Made by a program: the position numbers and the translations under genes. Below are positions 12,381 through 24,074 of a stretch of DNA of 44,048 bases, in pieces. A model generated the notes under the pieces. The model saw only the letters and a program-made list of their open reading frames with translations, was not told the DNA's origin and did no database searches. The first letter of the stretch is position 1. Each line of letters starts with the position of its first letter. The stretch is from Chiloscyllium plagiosum (taxonomy: Eukaryota), in NCBI RefSeq assembly GCF_004010195.1, contig NC_057751.1:14457784-14501831 (forward strand), in the 5' to 3' direction.

Positions 12381-13158
12381 AAGTGAAAATGACGTGGAAT
12401 CCACTGTTCACAGAGGTGATGGAAATCATGAATGGTTCCCAAAGAAGATAGGAGAGACACTTAAGGGAAATAAACTTGCAAGGTGACAGACACCAAGTGA
12501 GTGAATGGGACTGACTGGATTGTTCAGTATAGAACTGGCAAGGACTCAATTGGCTGAACGTGTCACAAATGACTCTGTGCCATTCTCAATCCAGCTGCAG
12601 AAAACCCCTTTGTTGGGAAAATCATTACTTAATTACTCAGCCAAGTCCCACATTTTCTTGGGAAGAAGGTGGCATGTGGGAAAATCGATCTCAATGTTGG
12701 CTTTCATTTTCTGGATGAGGGCACCTGCGGCTGGAATATGCAGGGTGAAACTGGGCTGGGGTCAAGGAGCACTTTGCCAACACACAGGTCTGACACCTTC
12801 ATAAGGCCCAGCTTGAGATCCGGTTAAAGTTACTCTGAAAGGTTCATTCGGTTGGAGTGCAAATGGAACAGCCTGCAATGTGGAGCTGTGCACAGGAACA
12901 CTTGTTCCCTGATAACTCTTGTTATGTCTTGCTTTTCGCAACACAGGAGACAGGACAATAGCAAGACACTGCAAGGAATTGTAGGAGGAGACAATTGAGT
13001 CCATGAAAACCTTCTTCTCTCATCTCTTTCTCTGTTTGTCCTGATCTTTTTCTCAACATTTCTCTAATCCTGTGGCTCCATCAGCTGGCAGTGAGGCGTT
13101 CATTTGCGTTTTGCGTAGGAGAGAGAGTATTTGTGTGTGTGTGAGGGAAGGTGTGTGT

Positions 13159-13528
13159 NNNNNNNNNNNNNNNNNNNNNNNNNNNNNNNNNNNNNNNNNN
13201 NNNNNNNNNNNNNNNNNNNNNNNNNNNNNNNNNNNNNNNNNNNNNNNNNNNNNNNNNNNNNNNNNNNNNNNNNNNNNNNNNNNNNNNNNNNNNNNNNNNN
13301 NNNNNNNNNNNNNNNNNNNNNNNNNNNNNNNNNNNNNNNNNNNNNNNNNNNNNNNNNNNNNNNNNNNNNNNNNNNNNNNNNNNNNNNNNNNNNNNNNNNN
13401 NNNNNNNNNNNNNNNNNNNNNNNNNNNNNNNNNNNNNNNNNNNNNNNNNNNNNNNNNNNNNNNNNNNNNNNNNNNNNNNNNNNNNNNNNNNNNNNNNNNN
13501 NNNNNNNNNNNNNNNNNNNNNNNNNNNN
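13159..13528. other. Assembly gap (370 N) inside a (GT/GA)n low-complexity tract (~13120-13770)
   Basis: Run of N flanked by dinucleotide repeats. Confidence 0.99.
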
Positions 13529-13774
13529 TATGTGTGTGAGTGCCTGTGTGTGAGAGAGTGTTTGTGTCTTTATGTGAGTGTGTGCATGTGACTGTGTGTC
13601 TGTTTTTGTGTGTGTGTGTTTGAGAGACAGAGAGAGAGAGTGTGTGCGCACGCCTGTGTGTCTGTTTTTTGTGTGTGTGCGAGATTGTCTGTGTGTGAGA
13701 GAATGTTTGTGTATTTTTGTGTGTGTCTGTGTGAGAGAGAGAGTGTGAAGGAGAGTGTGTGTGTGTGTGTCACA

Positions 13775-14155
13775 AGCCATTCAGCTCAATGCGTCTATGC
13801 TACCAAAAGTGGACTAACCAAGAACAGCCGCAACATAACATCCCACTCCTATACTCAATGTACTGACCAATCAAGGCAAGTGTACCAATCATCTTCTTCA
13901 CTTTCCTGTCTCCCTGCAACTCCACTTTCAAGGAACTGTGAACCTGCACTCCAAGGTCTCTTTATTCGGTAACACTCCCCAGGACCTTACCATTCAGTGT
14001 CTAAGTCCTGCCTGATCTGCCCTACCAAAATGTAGCACCTCGCATTTATCTCAATTAAACCCCATCCGCCAGTCCTCGGCCCATTGGACCATCTGATCAA
14101 GATCCTGTTGTAGTCTGAGGTAACCTTCTTCACTGTTCACTTTTCTTTCTCTGTC
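13775..14155 (-). mobile_element. CR1 ORF2 internal fragment
   Basis: VNSEEGYLRLQQDLDQMVQWAEDWRMGFN. Confidence 0.85.
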
Positions 14156-14414
14156 GGATCTCAACCTGGCATATTCTCGTAACTTGATCAAACTCCCCCC
14201 ACAATGTCCTTTGGCAACCCCAGCTTCTCCAACTGAACTTTTTTCACAAAAATCCCTCATCCCTGGAAACATTTCTGGTAAATGATGAAGTTTTTAAGGC
14301 AGACATCTTACTGAACGTGGACCTGCCCATCAACAAGGACTTCTCTTTCAGGTACTGGTAACAATGCACGTTTCTGACTGAAACACAATCTGTATTCTAG
14401 CTGGTTTTATGTCA

Positions 14415-16140
14415 CTCAGAAGCACAGAAAAAGCCCCTTCAGCCCAATGAGTCTGTGCCAATCAAAGCCACTTCACTATTCCAATCCCCATTTCCCAGCA
14501 CTTGGCCCATATTGCAAGTGCACATCCAAATGATTCCTCAATATGATGAGTGCCCCTGCTCCTCCCACCCTTAAAGGCCATGTTCCCACCACCAAGGGGA
14601 AAAGTAGCTTCCAATCTATCTTCTCTATGCCCTTCATGGTTTTATCCATCTCAATCATGTCCCCTCACCTAAGCCAATGGCCACTGGTCCAAGGAGAACA
14701 ACCCCAGTTTGTCCAATCTCTCTTCAATAACAAGCTCTCCAGCCCAGATAACATCCTGGGAAATCTTCCTCTGCACCCACTCCAGTGTAATCACATCCCT
14801 CCTGTAATGTGATGCCAGAACCACACACAATACTCTAGCTCGGGCCTAACCAACCTTTTACAGTTACAACATCATCTTGCTGCTCTTCAACTCTCTGCCT
14901 TAGCTAATATTCGGGTTCTTAACTACTTTATCCACCTCTTTGGACACTTGAAGAGACCGATGGGACCTGCACACCAAGGTCCCTCTGATCCCCGGTTCTT
15001 CCCAGAGTCCTTCCAGTCATGATGTCTGACCTGCCCAAGTGCATCACCTTGTACTTATCCAGATTGAATTCCATTTGCTACTCTTCAGCCCAAGCTCCTA
15101 TAATCGAAGGTTGTCCTCCTCACTATTTCCCACCCGAACAATTTTCGCACCATCCGCAAACTTACTGATCGACCCACCTACACTCAATTCTAAATCATTT
15201 ATATAAACCACAAATGAAAGATCCGAACAGTGATCTCTGCAGAGCCCCGCTGGGCACAAAATCCACCCCTTGACCATCACCCGTGGCTTCCTGTCACTCA
15301 ACTGACTGTGAATCCAATCAGCCACATTTCAATGGATTGGACAGGCACTTCCCTTTGCTGTCAGTCTCCCATGCGGGACCTGATCAAAGCCCCTGCTGAA
15401 GGCCAATCATTGACATCAAAAGCACTGCCCTCCTCCACACAGCTGGTCACCTCCGAAAAATTCAATCAAGTCGGTCAGGAATGACCTTTCCTTTTCACAA
15501 TGCCATGCTGACTGTTCCAGATTAATCTCTGGCTCTCCGAGCGCAGATTAATTCTCTCCCTCAGAATTGCTTCCAACTGTTTCCCACCCATGGACGTCAG
15601 ACTGACCGACCTTGAGTTTCCTGGTTATATCCCTCCCTGCTTTCTTAAATGGCAACACCATATTGGGCATCCTCCAGTCCTCTGGCACCTCTCCTGTGAC
15701 CAGAGAAGAACTGAAAATTATTGCCAGTACCCTCGCTATTTCCTCCCTTGAGTCACTCAACAGCCTGTGTTACATTACATATCATCTGGCCCTGGAGATT
15801 TATCTTTCTCAAGCCTGCTAAACCACTCAGAACCTCCTCTCTGTCTACTCTAATTTCTTTAAGTACATCACAGTCCTTTTCCCTGATTTCTGAACTCACA
15901 TTATCCCTCTGACGCATGAACAGCGATAAAAAAGTATTCATTTAAAACCTTAACTATATCCTTTAGCTGCACACAGGTAACCACTGTGGTCCTAATGGGC
16001 CCGACTCTCCCTAGTTATCCATGCACTCTTAATGTATTTAGAAAATAACTTGGAATTTTCCATTATTTTGCTTGCTATTATGTTTTCACGCCTCTTTATA
16101 CTCTCCTAATTTCCGTTTTAAGTTTCCCCTAACATATTCT
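14415..16140 (-). mobile_element. Decayed CR1 LINE, ~1.7 kb including RT and 3' end
   Basis: FSSSLVTGEVPEDWRMPNMVLPFKKAGRD; FVVYINDLE..ISKFADGAKI (FADD motif); MIEMDKTMKG; multiple frameshifts. Confidence 0.9.
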
Positions 16141-16205
16141 ATAATACCCAATAGCATAAAGTTACAAAGATGGCCAAAACTGTGGCAATGTTGGCAAATG
16201 GATTG

Positions 16206-16335
16206 GCAGGGAGGGATATAACCAGGAAGCTCGAGGTCAGTCAGTCTGATCTCCATGGGTGGGAAACAGTTGGAAGCAATTTTGAGGCAGAGAATTAATC
16301 TGCGCTCGGAGAGTCAGAGATTAATCTGGATCAGT
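16206..16335 (+). repeat. Inverted copy of 15511-15640 flanked by a 15-bp direct repeat
   Basis: Manual alignment gives about 9 substitutions + 1 indel in 130 bp. tgg(c/t)aatgttggcaa occurs at 16183-16197 and 16336-16350. Confidence 0.85.
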
Positions 16336-16489
16336 TGGTAATGTTGGCAATGTCGTCCACTTTGGACCCACAGTGCAGAGTGCGACGCCATGCTGAGAAG
16401 TTAAAAACAGTGGAAATCTAAAGAATAGCATTGTGGAAGACAAGACACCTTGGGCTTCAGGTACATCATTCTTAGAAATTTGCACCATC

Positions 16490-16665
16490 AGGAGAAAGTG
16501 AGGACTGCAGATGCTGGAAAAGTGTGACGCTGGAAAAGCACAGCAGGTCAGGCAGCATTCGAGGGGCAGGAGAATCAACATTTCAGGCATAAACCCATTG
16601 ACTCCCCAGCTCCTTCGGTGCTGCCCGACCTGCTGTGCTTTTCCAGCGCCAAACTTTTTGACTTT
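16490..16665. mobile_element. Fold-back Penelope-like 3' end (family A)
   Basis: gctggaaaagcacagcaggtcaggcagca ... tgctgcccgacctgctgtgcttttccagc. Confidence 0.8.
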
Positions 16666-16683
16666 CGGTCGACAGACTCCCAT

Positions 16684-17023
16684 CTATAGAATTCATCAAC
16701 CAGGCCCGCTGTCAAGGAAAAGCTGCCAATATTCTCAAAGATCCACCCCACCCTGGCAATGTTTTTCTACAGCCTCTACTATCAGGGAGAAGGTACAAAA
16801 GCCTGAACACACGCACCAGCCGGTTTCACATCAGTTTCTACCCTACTGTTGTTAGAATACTGAATAGACTCACAAACAGTTGCCTGTCCCTGTGTTTTTG
16901 TTTTTGCCACTGTTTACCTATCATTTACTTATCTATGCTACTTAACTCTGCGATCTGCCTGTATTGCTCGTAAGCCAAAGCTTTTCACTGTGCCCCGGTA
17001 CACGTGACAATAAGTTCAATTCA
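16684..17023 (+). mobile_element. Rex1/Babar-type LINE 3' end (second copy 17129-17468)
   Basis: CQGKAANILKDPPHPGNVFLQPLLSGRRYKSLNTRTSRFHISFYPTVVRILN, typical of the Rex1 C-terminus (DPxHP, SGRR, SFxP); tail aataagttcaattcaa. Confidence 0.8.
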
Positions 17024-17570
17024 ACTGGTGAAAAAGACATTTCACACACTTGCCGTCATTTCTCAGACCTTTGAGTAATGGAGTTGGGAAGGTCATGGGA
17101 AGGATATTGTTAAACTGGAGAGGGTAGACTATAGAATTCATCAACCAGGCCCGCTGTCAAGGAAAAGCCGCCAATATTCTCAAAGATCCACCCCACCCTG
17201 GCAATGTTTTTCTACAACCTCTACCATCGGGGAGAAGGTACAAAAGCCTGAACACACGCACCAGCCGGTTTCACATCAGTTTCTACCCAACTGTTGTTCG
17301 AATACTGAATAGACTCACAAACAGTTGCCTGTCCCTGTGTTTTTGTTTTTGCCACTGTTTACCTATCATTTACTTATCTATGCTACTTAACTCTGCGATC
17401 TGCCTGTCTTGCTCGTAAGCCAAAGCTTTTCACTGTGCCCCGGTACACGTGACAATAAGTTCAATTCAACTGGTGAAAAACACATTTCACACACTTGCCG
17501 TCATTTCTCAGACCTTTGAGTCATGGAGTTGGGAAGGTCATGGGAAGGATATTGTTAAACTGGAGAGGGT
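16684..17570 (+). repeat. Tandem duplication, 442-bp unit, period 445
   Basis: 16684-17125 matches 17129-17570 with about 9 substitutions and an aga spacer. Confidence 0.95.
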
Positions 17571-18035
17571 TCAGAAAAGTTTAACCAGGATGTTGCTGGG
17601 AATGGAAGGTTGAGTCATAAAAACAGACAGAAAAGACTGGGACTTTTTCTCACTGGAGTGTAGGAGGTTAAGGGGTGACCTTACAGAGGTTTATAAAATC
17701 ATGAGGGGCATGGATAAGGTGAGTAGTAAGCATCCTTTCCCTCGGGTGGTAGTTGAAAACAGGAAGACTATTTTTAAGGTGCGGAGGGGAAAGATTTAAG
17801 AAGATGGAGGGGCAACTTTTATTCCCACAGAGAGTGGCTCATTTATGGAATGAACTGCCAGAGAAAGTGGTGGATGAAGGTCCAGTTACAACATTTGAAA
17901 GACATTTGGATAAGTTCATGAATAGGAAAGGTTTGGAGGAATATAGGCCAAGCACAGGGACAAGTTTAGTTTGGGAACCTGGTCGGTGTGGACGAGTTGG
18001 ATCGAAGGGTCTGTTTCCATGCCATATAACAGCAT
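17469..18035 (+). mobile_element. CR1 3' end
   Basis: PQRVAHLWNELPEKVVDEG...TFERHLDKFMNRKGLE plus 3' UTR. Confidence 0.9.
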
Positions 18036-18332
18036 AATTTACGGGTTCAGATATACAGATCATTAAAATGTCATTGACAGATGCAGGAACGAATTAAAAA
18101 GGCAAATGGAATGCTGATCTTTATCTCTACATCTTAATATCAGGGCCAAGGCAACTGAAAGTATGGTCATTATTGCTTGGGTGAATTGGAATAGAGTTAC
18201 CAAATTTGGTTCTAATAGGGGTAGAACTGGACCACTCAGCCCCTCTTGTCTGATCCATGATTCAACAAAATCATGGTGATATGTCTATCGTCTGAATTCC
18301 ACATTGCCATCTGTCCTGTGGTAAACCTTGGT

Positions 18333-21011
18333 CAAAAAGTGTGGCGCTGGAAAAGCACAGCCGGTCAGACAGCATGCGAGGAGCAGGAGAGTCAAGGATT
18401 CAAGCACAAGCTCTTTATTAGGAATGTAGGGGGGCCCAAGGGTACTAAGAGATAAATGGGCTGCGGGGGTAGGTAGCTGGGAATGCAATAGGTAGATGGA
18501 GGTAGGGGCTGATGATGATTGGTCAGAGTGGAGGGTGGAGCGGATAGGTGGGAAGGTAGATGGACAGGTAGGACAGTGCAAGAGGGCGGCGCAGAGTTGG
18601 AGGGTTGGATCTGGGATAAGTTGGGGGGAGGGGAGATGAGGAAACTGGTGAAGTCCACATTGATCCCGTGCAGTTGGAGGATCCCAAGGCGGAAGAAGAA
18701 ACGTTCTTCCTCCAGGTGTAGGGTGGCTCAGATTTGGCGGCGGTGGAGGAGGCCCACCGCCAAACGCTGCCGGATCAACAAACTCAACACGCATCATGAC
18801 ATCGAACGTTTCTTCCGTCGCCTCCGCCTCTGTGCTTACTTTTTCCATCAGGACTTCCACCCACCCTCTGAGGACCCCTTCTCCCAACTCCAACACACTC
18901 CATCCACCTGGACACCCCATGTTGGTCTGTTACCCACCCTCGATCTCTTCATCTACAACTGCCACTGTGATATCGACCGCCTCAACCTGTCCACCCCCCT
19001 CACCCACTCCACTGCCCCCACTCCAACCCAACTTGACCATTTAACCAGTGGACAAAGGGAACGCAGGAGGAGTTTGGCGCACCGACCTCTGCACCGCTGA
19101 AGCTCGGTGCCAACTCACGGACACCTCCTCCTACAGCCCCATCAAACACAACCTCACTTCCCATCACCAAACTTATCATCTCCCAGACCATCCACAACCT
19201 CATCACCTCAGGGGATCTCCCACCCAGAGCCTCCAATCTCATAGCCCTGGGACCCTGCACCCCCTCCCGGTTCTACCTCTCACCCAAAACTCACAAACCT
19301 GACTGCTCTCGTCATCTCAGCCTGCTCCTGCCCCACGAAACATATCTCCGCATACCTTGACACCATCCTTTGGTCCAGGATCTCTCCACAAACATTTGGG
19401 CACACCACCCACCCCATCCACGTCCTCCTTGACTTTGGGTTACCCGGCCCCCCAGTGCCTCATCTTCACCATGGACATCCAAGTCCCTATACACCTCCAT
19501 CCCCCATGACCTGGGCCTCCAAGCCCTCCGTTTCTTCCTCTCCCGCCGACCCAACCAGTCCCCTTCCACCAACACACTCATTTGATTGGCAACTGGTCCT
19601 TGCCCTCAACAATTTATCCTTTGAGTCCTCCCGCTTCCTCCAGACCAAAGAGGTAGCCATGGGCACCCGCATGGGCACCAGCTATGCCTGTCTCTTTGTC
19701 GGGTACATGGAACAGTCCATCTTCCGCAGTTACACCGGCACCATTCCCCACCTTTTCCTCCGCCACATTGATGACTGTATCAGCGTCACCTCGAGTTCCC
19801 ATGAGGAGGTTGAACAGTTCATCAACTTCATGAACACCTTCCACCCCCAACCTCAAGGTCACCTGGACCATCTCGGACACCTCGCTCCCCTTCCTGGACC
19901 ATCTCGGACACCTCGCTCCCCTTCCTGGACGTCTCCATCTCCATTTCCGGTGACCGACTCAAGCTGGACATCTACTTCAAACCCATCGACCCCCACAACT
20001 ACCTGGACTATACCTCCTCCCACACCCCCTCCTGCAAAACATTATCCCTTACTCCCAAATCCTACATTTCTGCAGCATCTGCTTCCAGGAGGACCAATTC
20101 CAATCCAGAACATTTCAGATGGCCTCCGTCTTCAAGGACCACAATTACCCCTCTCAAGTGGTTAACAATGCCCTCTGGCATTTCTCCTCCACTTCCCGCA
20201 CCTCCGCCCTTTAACCCCACCCCTCCAACTGCAACAAGGACAGAACCCCACCAAGTCATCACCTTCCATCCCACCAACCTCCCGATACAATCCCTTGCCA
20301 CTGTAAGAGGTGTAAAACCTGTGTCCGCACCTCCCCCCTCAACTCCATCCAAGGCCCCAAAGGATCCTTCTCCATCTGACACAGATTCTCCTGCACCTCC
20401 ACACACGTCATCTACTGTGTCTGTTGCTCCTGATATGGTCTCCTCTACACTGGGGAGACAGGATGCCAACATGCAGAATGTCTCACAGAATATCTCTGGG
20501 ACGCACATACACGAAACAACCCCACCATCCTATGGCTGAACACTCCAACCCCCACTCCACCAAGAACATGCAAGTTCCTGGGCCTTCTCCACCACCAAAT
20601 TCTAGCCACCATACACCTGGAGGAAGAATGCCTCATCTTGGGACCCTCCAACCGCATGGGATCAATGTCGATTTCACCAGTTTCCTCATCTCCCCTCCCC
20701 CCACCTTATCCCAGGGGGCTTCCAACCCTCCAACTCGGCACCACCCTCCTACCTGTCCATCTTCCTTCCCACCTATCTGCGACACCCTCCACTCCAACCT
20801 ATCACCATCACCCTCCATCTTCATCTACCTATTGCATTTCCAGCTACCTTCCCCCAGCCCTGCCCCCGTTCCCATTTATCTCTGAGCACCCTTGCCCCAC
20901 CCACCCCATATTCCTGATGAAGAGCTTATGCTTGATTTTCCTGCTCCTCGGATGCTGCCTGACCTGCTGTGCTTTTCCAGCGCCACACTTTTTTGACTCT
21001 GGCCTCCAGCA
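18333..21011 (+). mobile_element. Decayed Penelope-like retroelement (Neptune-like; RT + GIY-YIG) with inverted 5' copy of its 3' end
   Basis: DIERFFRRLRL; DKG; NNLSF...TKEVAMGTRMGTSYACLF...LFLRHIDD (RT); HVIYCVCCS*YGLLYTGETG (GIY-YIG) near 20405-20465. 18333-18756 is the reverse complement of ~20579-20997. ggtaaaccttggt flanks both sides. Confidence 0.93.
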
Positions 21012-21289
21012 CTATCCTGCACGGTAAACCTTGGTACAACCAAACCAACCTTGAGCTTTGAGTGAGAGTATTTTGGGAGTGTGGGAAAATGGTTTCGGGA
21101 GCTCGAATTTGATTGCTGGGGGATTTCACTGTCAAAACTGTATTAGGCTGACATAAATTTTGGAATTTATCCAGGTGAGTGTGAGGTACAGTGGGTCAGT
21201 AATGCCCCAGCAATGCTGCTTCCATTGTTCTGTTGCTGAAATAGTCCATTTGATCCATCCAGTGCATGCAAATTCATGGTCCTGTATAT

Positions 21290-21600
21290 GGGTTTCGGTG
21301 GCCAGACCAGCATTAATTGTCCCTACTTAACTCTCTACTTAAAAGTCAACCACATTGCTGAGGGTCTGTACCAGGTCAGACCAGGTAAGGAAGGCAGATT
21401 TCCCTCTGAAGGGGACATTAGTGAATCAGATTGGATTTCACAATGATTCACGGTCGCCGTTGTTTTTAGTTCTGGATGGTTCGGCGACTTCCAAGTTTCT
21501 CTGCCTGTCATGGTGGGATTTGGATCCCGGTCTCCGGAATGTGAGCCAGGAGTTCTGGATCATGAGTCCAGTGATGTTACCATGATACTGCTGCCTCCTT
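21290..21600 (-). mobile_element. tRNA-derived SINE (family 2), decayed
   Basis: Reverse complement of the element at 28372-28730 (ccctctgaaggggacattagtgaatcagat; gtgggatttggatccc). Confidence 0.75.
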
Positions 21601-21717
21601 TCATGAGCCGACCATCCAATGCCATTCTCCCATGACTCTCTACCCTTCATTCCATAAGGAAGGTCTGCATTCATCTGAGTGCACTTACAGAGCTCTCCCC
21701 GCGCAGGGCCATTCAAG

Positions 21718-21960
21718 GCGGGAATTGAACCCGGGTCTCTGGCGCTGTGAGGCAGCAGTGCTAACCACTGTGCCACCGTGCCACCCACAACCACCATGCC
21801 ACCCACGGAGTGTGCATTTGTCTTCTGACATTCCTGAAGAAGGGCCTGTGCCCGAAACGTCGAATCTCCTGTTCCTTGGATGCTGCCTGACCTGCTGTGC
21901 TGTTCCAGCAATAAAGTTTCAACTTTGATCTCCAGCATCTGCAGACCTCACTTTCTCCTC
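21718..21960 (+). mobile_element. Composite insertion: 116-bp copy of 22598-22713 fused to a PLE 3' end, 14-bp TSD
   Basis: cagggccattcaag at 21704-21717 and 21961-21974. 21716-21831 matches 22598-22713 with 2 mismatches. PLE end at ~21830-21960. Confidence 0.9.
21830..21865 (+). ncRNA. Minimal type I hammerhead ribozyme motif (PLE-borne)
   Basis: AUUC-CUGAAGA-A-GGGC-CUGU-GCCC-GAAA-C-GUC-GAAU: intact core, 4-bp helices I and II, palindromic ACGU in place of helix III. Predicted cleavage after 21861; activity not shown. Confidence 0.7.
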
Positions 21961-22349
21961 CAGGGCCATTCAAGCCCTTGGCAATGGGCCTCCCTCAGAC
22001 TGCTACAGGACAACCCCCACCATGGCTCTGTCTCCGGAGCCCCTGCGCAGCGAGACACCCCCTCAGGCAGTGCCGAACACTCAACACAGGAGCAGTGATA
22101 TGTTCACCGTGGACTATGCCAAAGAAGCTCTGTACCAACAGTAACCGAAGCTTTCACTGAGAGCAAAGGACCTTTTGATTTTAAGTCTATATTTAGTTCA
22201 ACATTGACAGTGCAATGATTCAGTAACTGCAACAGCTGGGCTGAGGGCTCCTTATTCATGCTCTTTGTCTTGTGAATATGATGCTTGAAACGACGTTGCA
22301 GTTTTCATTGTTTAGTCTTAAGGCCAGTCTTTCGTTCACTCTGTCTTAC

Positions 22350-22690
22350 ATTAGATTAGATTAGATTACTTACAGTGTGGAAACAGGCCCTTCGGCCCAA
22401 CAAGTCCACACCGACCCGCCGAAGCGCAACCCACCCATACCCCTACATTTACCCCTTACCTAACACTACGGGCAATTTAGCATGGCCAATTCACCTGACC
22501 TGCACATCTTTGGACTGTGGGAGGAAACCGGAGCACCTGGAGGAAACCCACGCAGACACGGGGAGAATGTGCAAACTCCACACACGTCAGTCGCCTGAGG
22601 CGGGAATTGAACCCGGGTCTCTGGCGCTGTGAGGCAGCAGTGCTAACCACTGTGCCACCGTGCCGCCCACAACCACCGTGCCACCCACGG
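22350..22690 (-). mobile_element. HE1-type SINE, full length, young
   Basis: Minus strand ggcacggtggcacagtggttagc...gggttcaattccc; (tctaa)n tail at 22350-22367. Confidence 0.95.
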
Positions 22691-22798
22691 AGTGTGCATT
22701 TGTCTTCTGACATCCAGCAGTAAACACTGTGCTGTGTGTAACAGTGAGAGAATGGCATTCCAAAATGAAAGCTCCACTGGTCAAGATGTCAACACAGA

Positions 22799-22930
22799 TC
22801 AGCAAAGCCTCCGGTTCAGCCTCAATCCCACCGCTGCTTTTGGCGGTCCTGCTGAGGGCGGAAGTTTGCGGAGCTGGCCCAGCGATTTCGCCCGCTCCCG
22901 AGTGCCTATCCGCAGACTCTCCGTGATAAC
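22799..22930 (-). CDS. Candidate terminal coding exon of the antisense nested gene
   Basis: Minus strand cactgttctcag|GTTATC...TGA in a GC/CpG-rich non-repeat patch. Phase 0: VITESLRIGTRERAKSLGQLRKLPPSAGPPKAAVGLRLNRRLC*. Confidence 0.35.
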   Translation of the reverse strand, partial: VITESLRIGTRERAKSLGQLRKLPPSAGPPKAAVGLRLNRRLC

Positions 22931-23324
22931 CTGAGAACAGTGACCTTGGGGACAACACTCACTCACTCACGAATCTCTCACCATTGTACTGCTTCTGGGC
23001 TGCCTTATGTCAAGGGGAAATGAACAGTGCCCTTTGCAAATAGCTCAACAAGAAACTGTTCAGGAAAGGAGGGCTGAAATCTAACAGAAAGAAGGGAGAG
23101 GAGGAACGAAAGCCAGATATTCCAAGAGATTGCAAAGAAGGGATGGATTTCATTTCGAGACTCTACGTCCTGATAGCATTTACACTCAATGCTGTAGACT
23201 GAATTTGGAGTCAGGTATAGTCCAGGCAAAATAAAAACAGAAAATCCACATCATTCAGGGGCAAGAATGAAGCTGATGTACTTTTAAGACAATCCAATTA
23301 TTCTCATTATCACACAATCCGGCA

Positions 23325-23890
23325 TATAGAACAGCAAACAGTGCAGCATAGGAACAGGCTTCATCATGTCTGGGCTGACCGTTATGCTGTTCTGAACTAA
23401 TCCCATCTGCCTGCATGTGGTCCGTGACCCTCTGTTCCCTGCCTGTCCATGTGTCTGTCTGAATGTCTCTAAAACGTGGCTATCGGATCTGTTTCTCCTC
23501 CTTCCAATGGCAGCTCGTTCCAGACACCTATTCCTCGCACATCCCCTTTAAATGCTTCTCCTTAAATCTATGTGTTCGACATTTCCAAGAGACTCTGCAT
23601 ATCCCCCCATTTACATGCCCCTGACAATGTCCACACTTCTATCAGGTTGCCCCTCAGCCTCTGAAAACAATCCAGGTTTGTCCAACCTCTCCTTGTCGCT
23701 CACACACTCCGATCAAGGCAACACCCTGTCTCCAAAGCCTCCACATCCTCCCTACGATGTGGTGACCAAAACCACGTACAGTACTCCAAATGTGACCTGA
23801 ACAAAGTCTCATGCAGCTGCAACATTTATACTCAGTGCCCCGACTAAAGGCAAGCATGCCATACGCCTCCTTGACACTTATCCACTTGCT
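23325..23890 (-). mobile_element. Old CR1 3' fragment
   Basis: KEAYGMLAF...YK motif and reverse CR1 3' UTR (ctaatcccatctgcctgca). Confidence 0.7.
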
Positions 23891-24056
23891 TGATGCCAGC
23901 GCGTAAATTGGTGATTTTAACTGAATCCAGTTCCACAATTCGCCAGGGTGAGCATTTTGAACTCGGTTGTTACACTTGGAAAATGCCAACCAGACAATCA
24001 TCAACTCTTTGGGTGCAAGCAGCTTATACAGTGAAGTAAGAAAATGAGAGACTTAC

Positions 24057-24074
24057 CCAGGCGTGCTCTTTCTC
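24057..24074 (-). CDS. Candidate 18-nt microexon (EKEHAW) of the antisense nested gene
   Basis: Minus strand ttgtctcttttcaaaccctcag|GAGAAAGAGCACGCCTGG|gtaagt: strong polypyrimidine acceptor, consensus donor, frame-preserving length. Confidence 0.4.

Noticed and set aside
13072..13972. ORFs across the N run and GT repeats
   Set aside because: Gap and low-complexity artefacts.
22976..23080. Extra minus-strand exon with a strong acceptor
   Set aside because: In-frame stops, and the following intron would be only ~45-55 nt.
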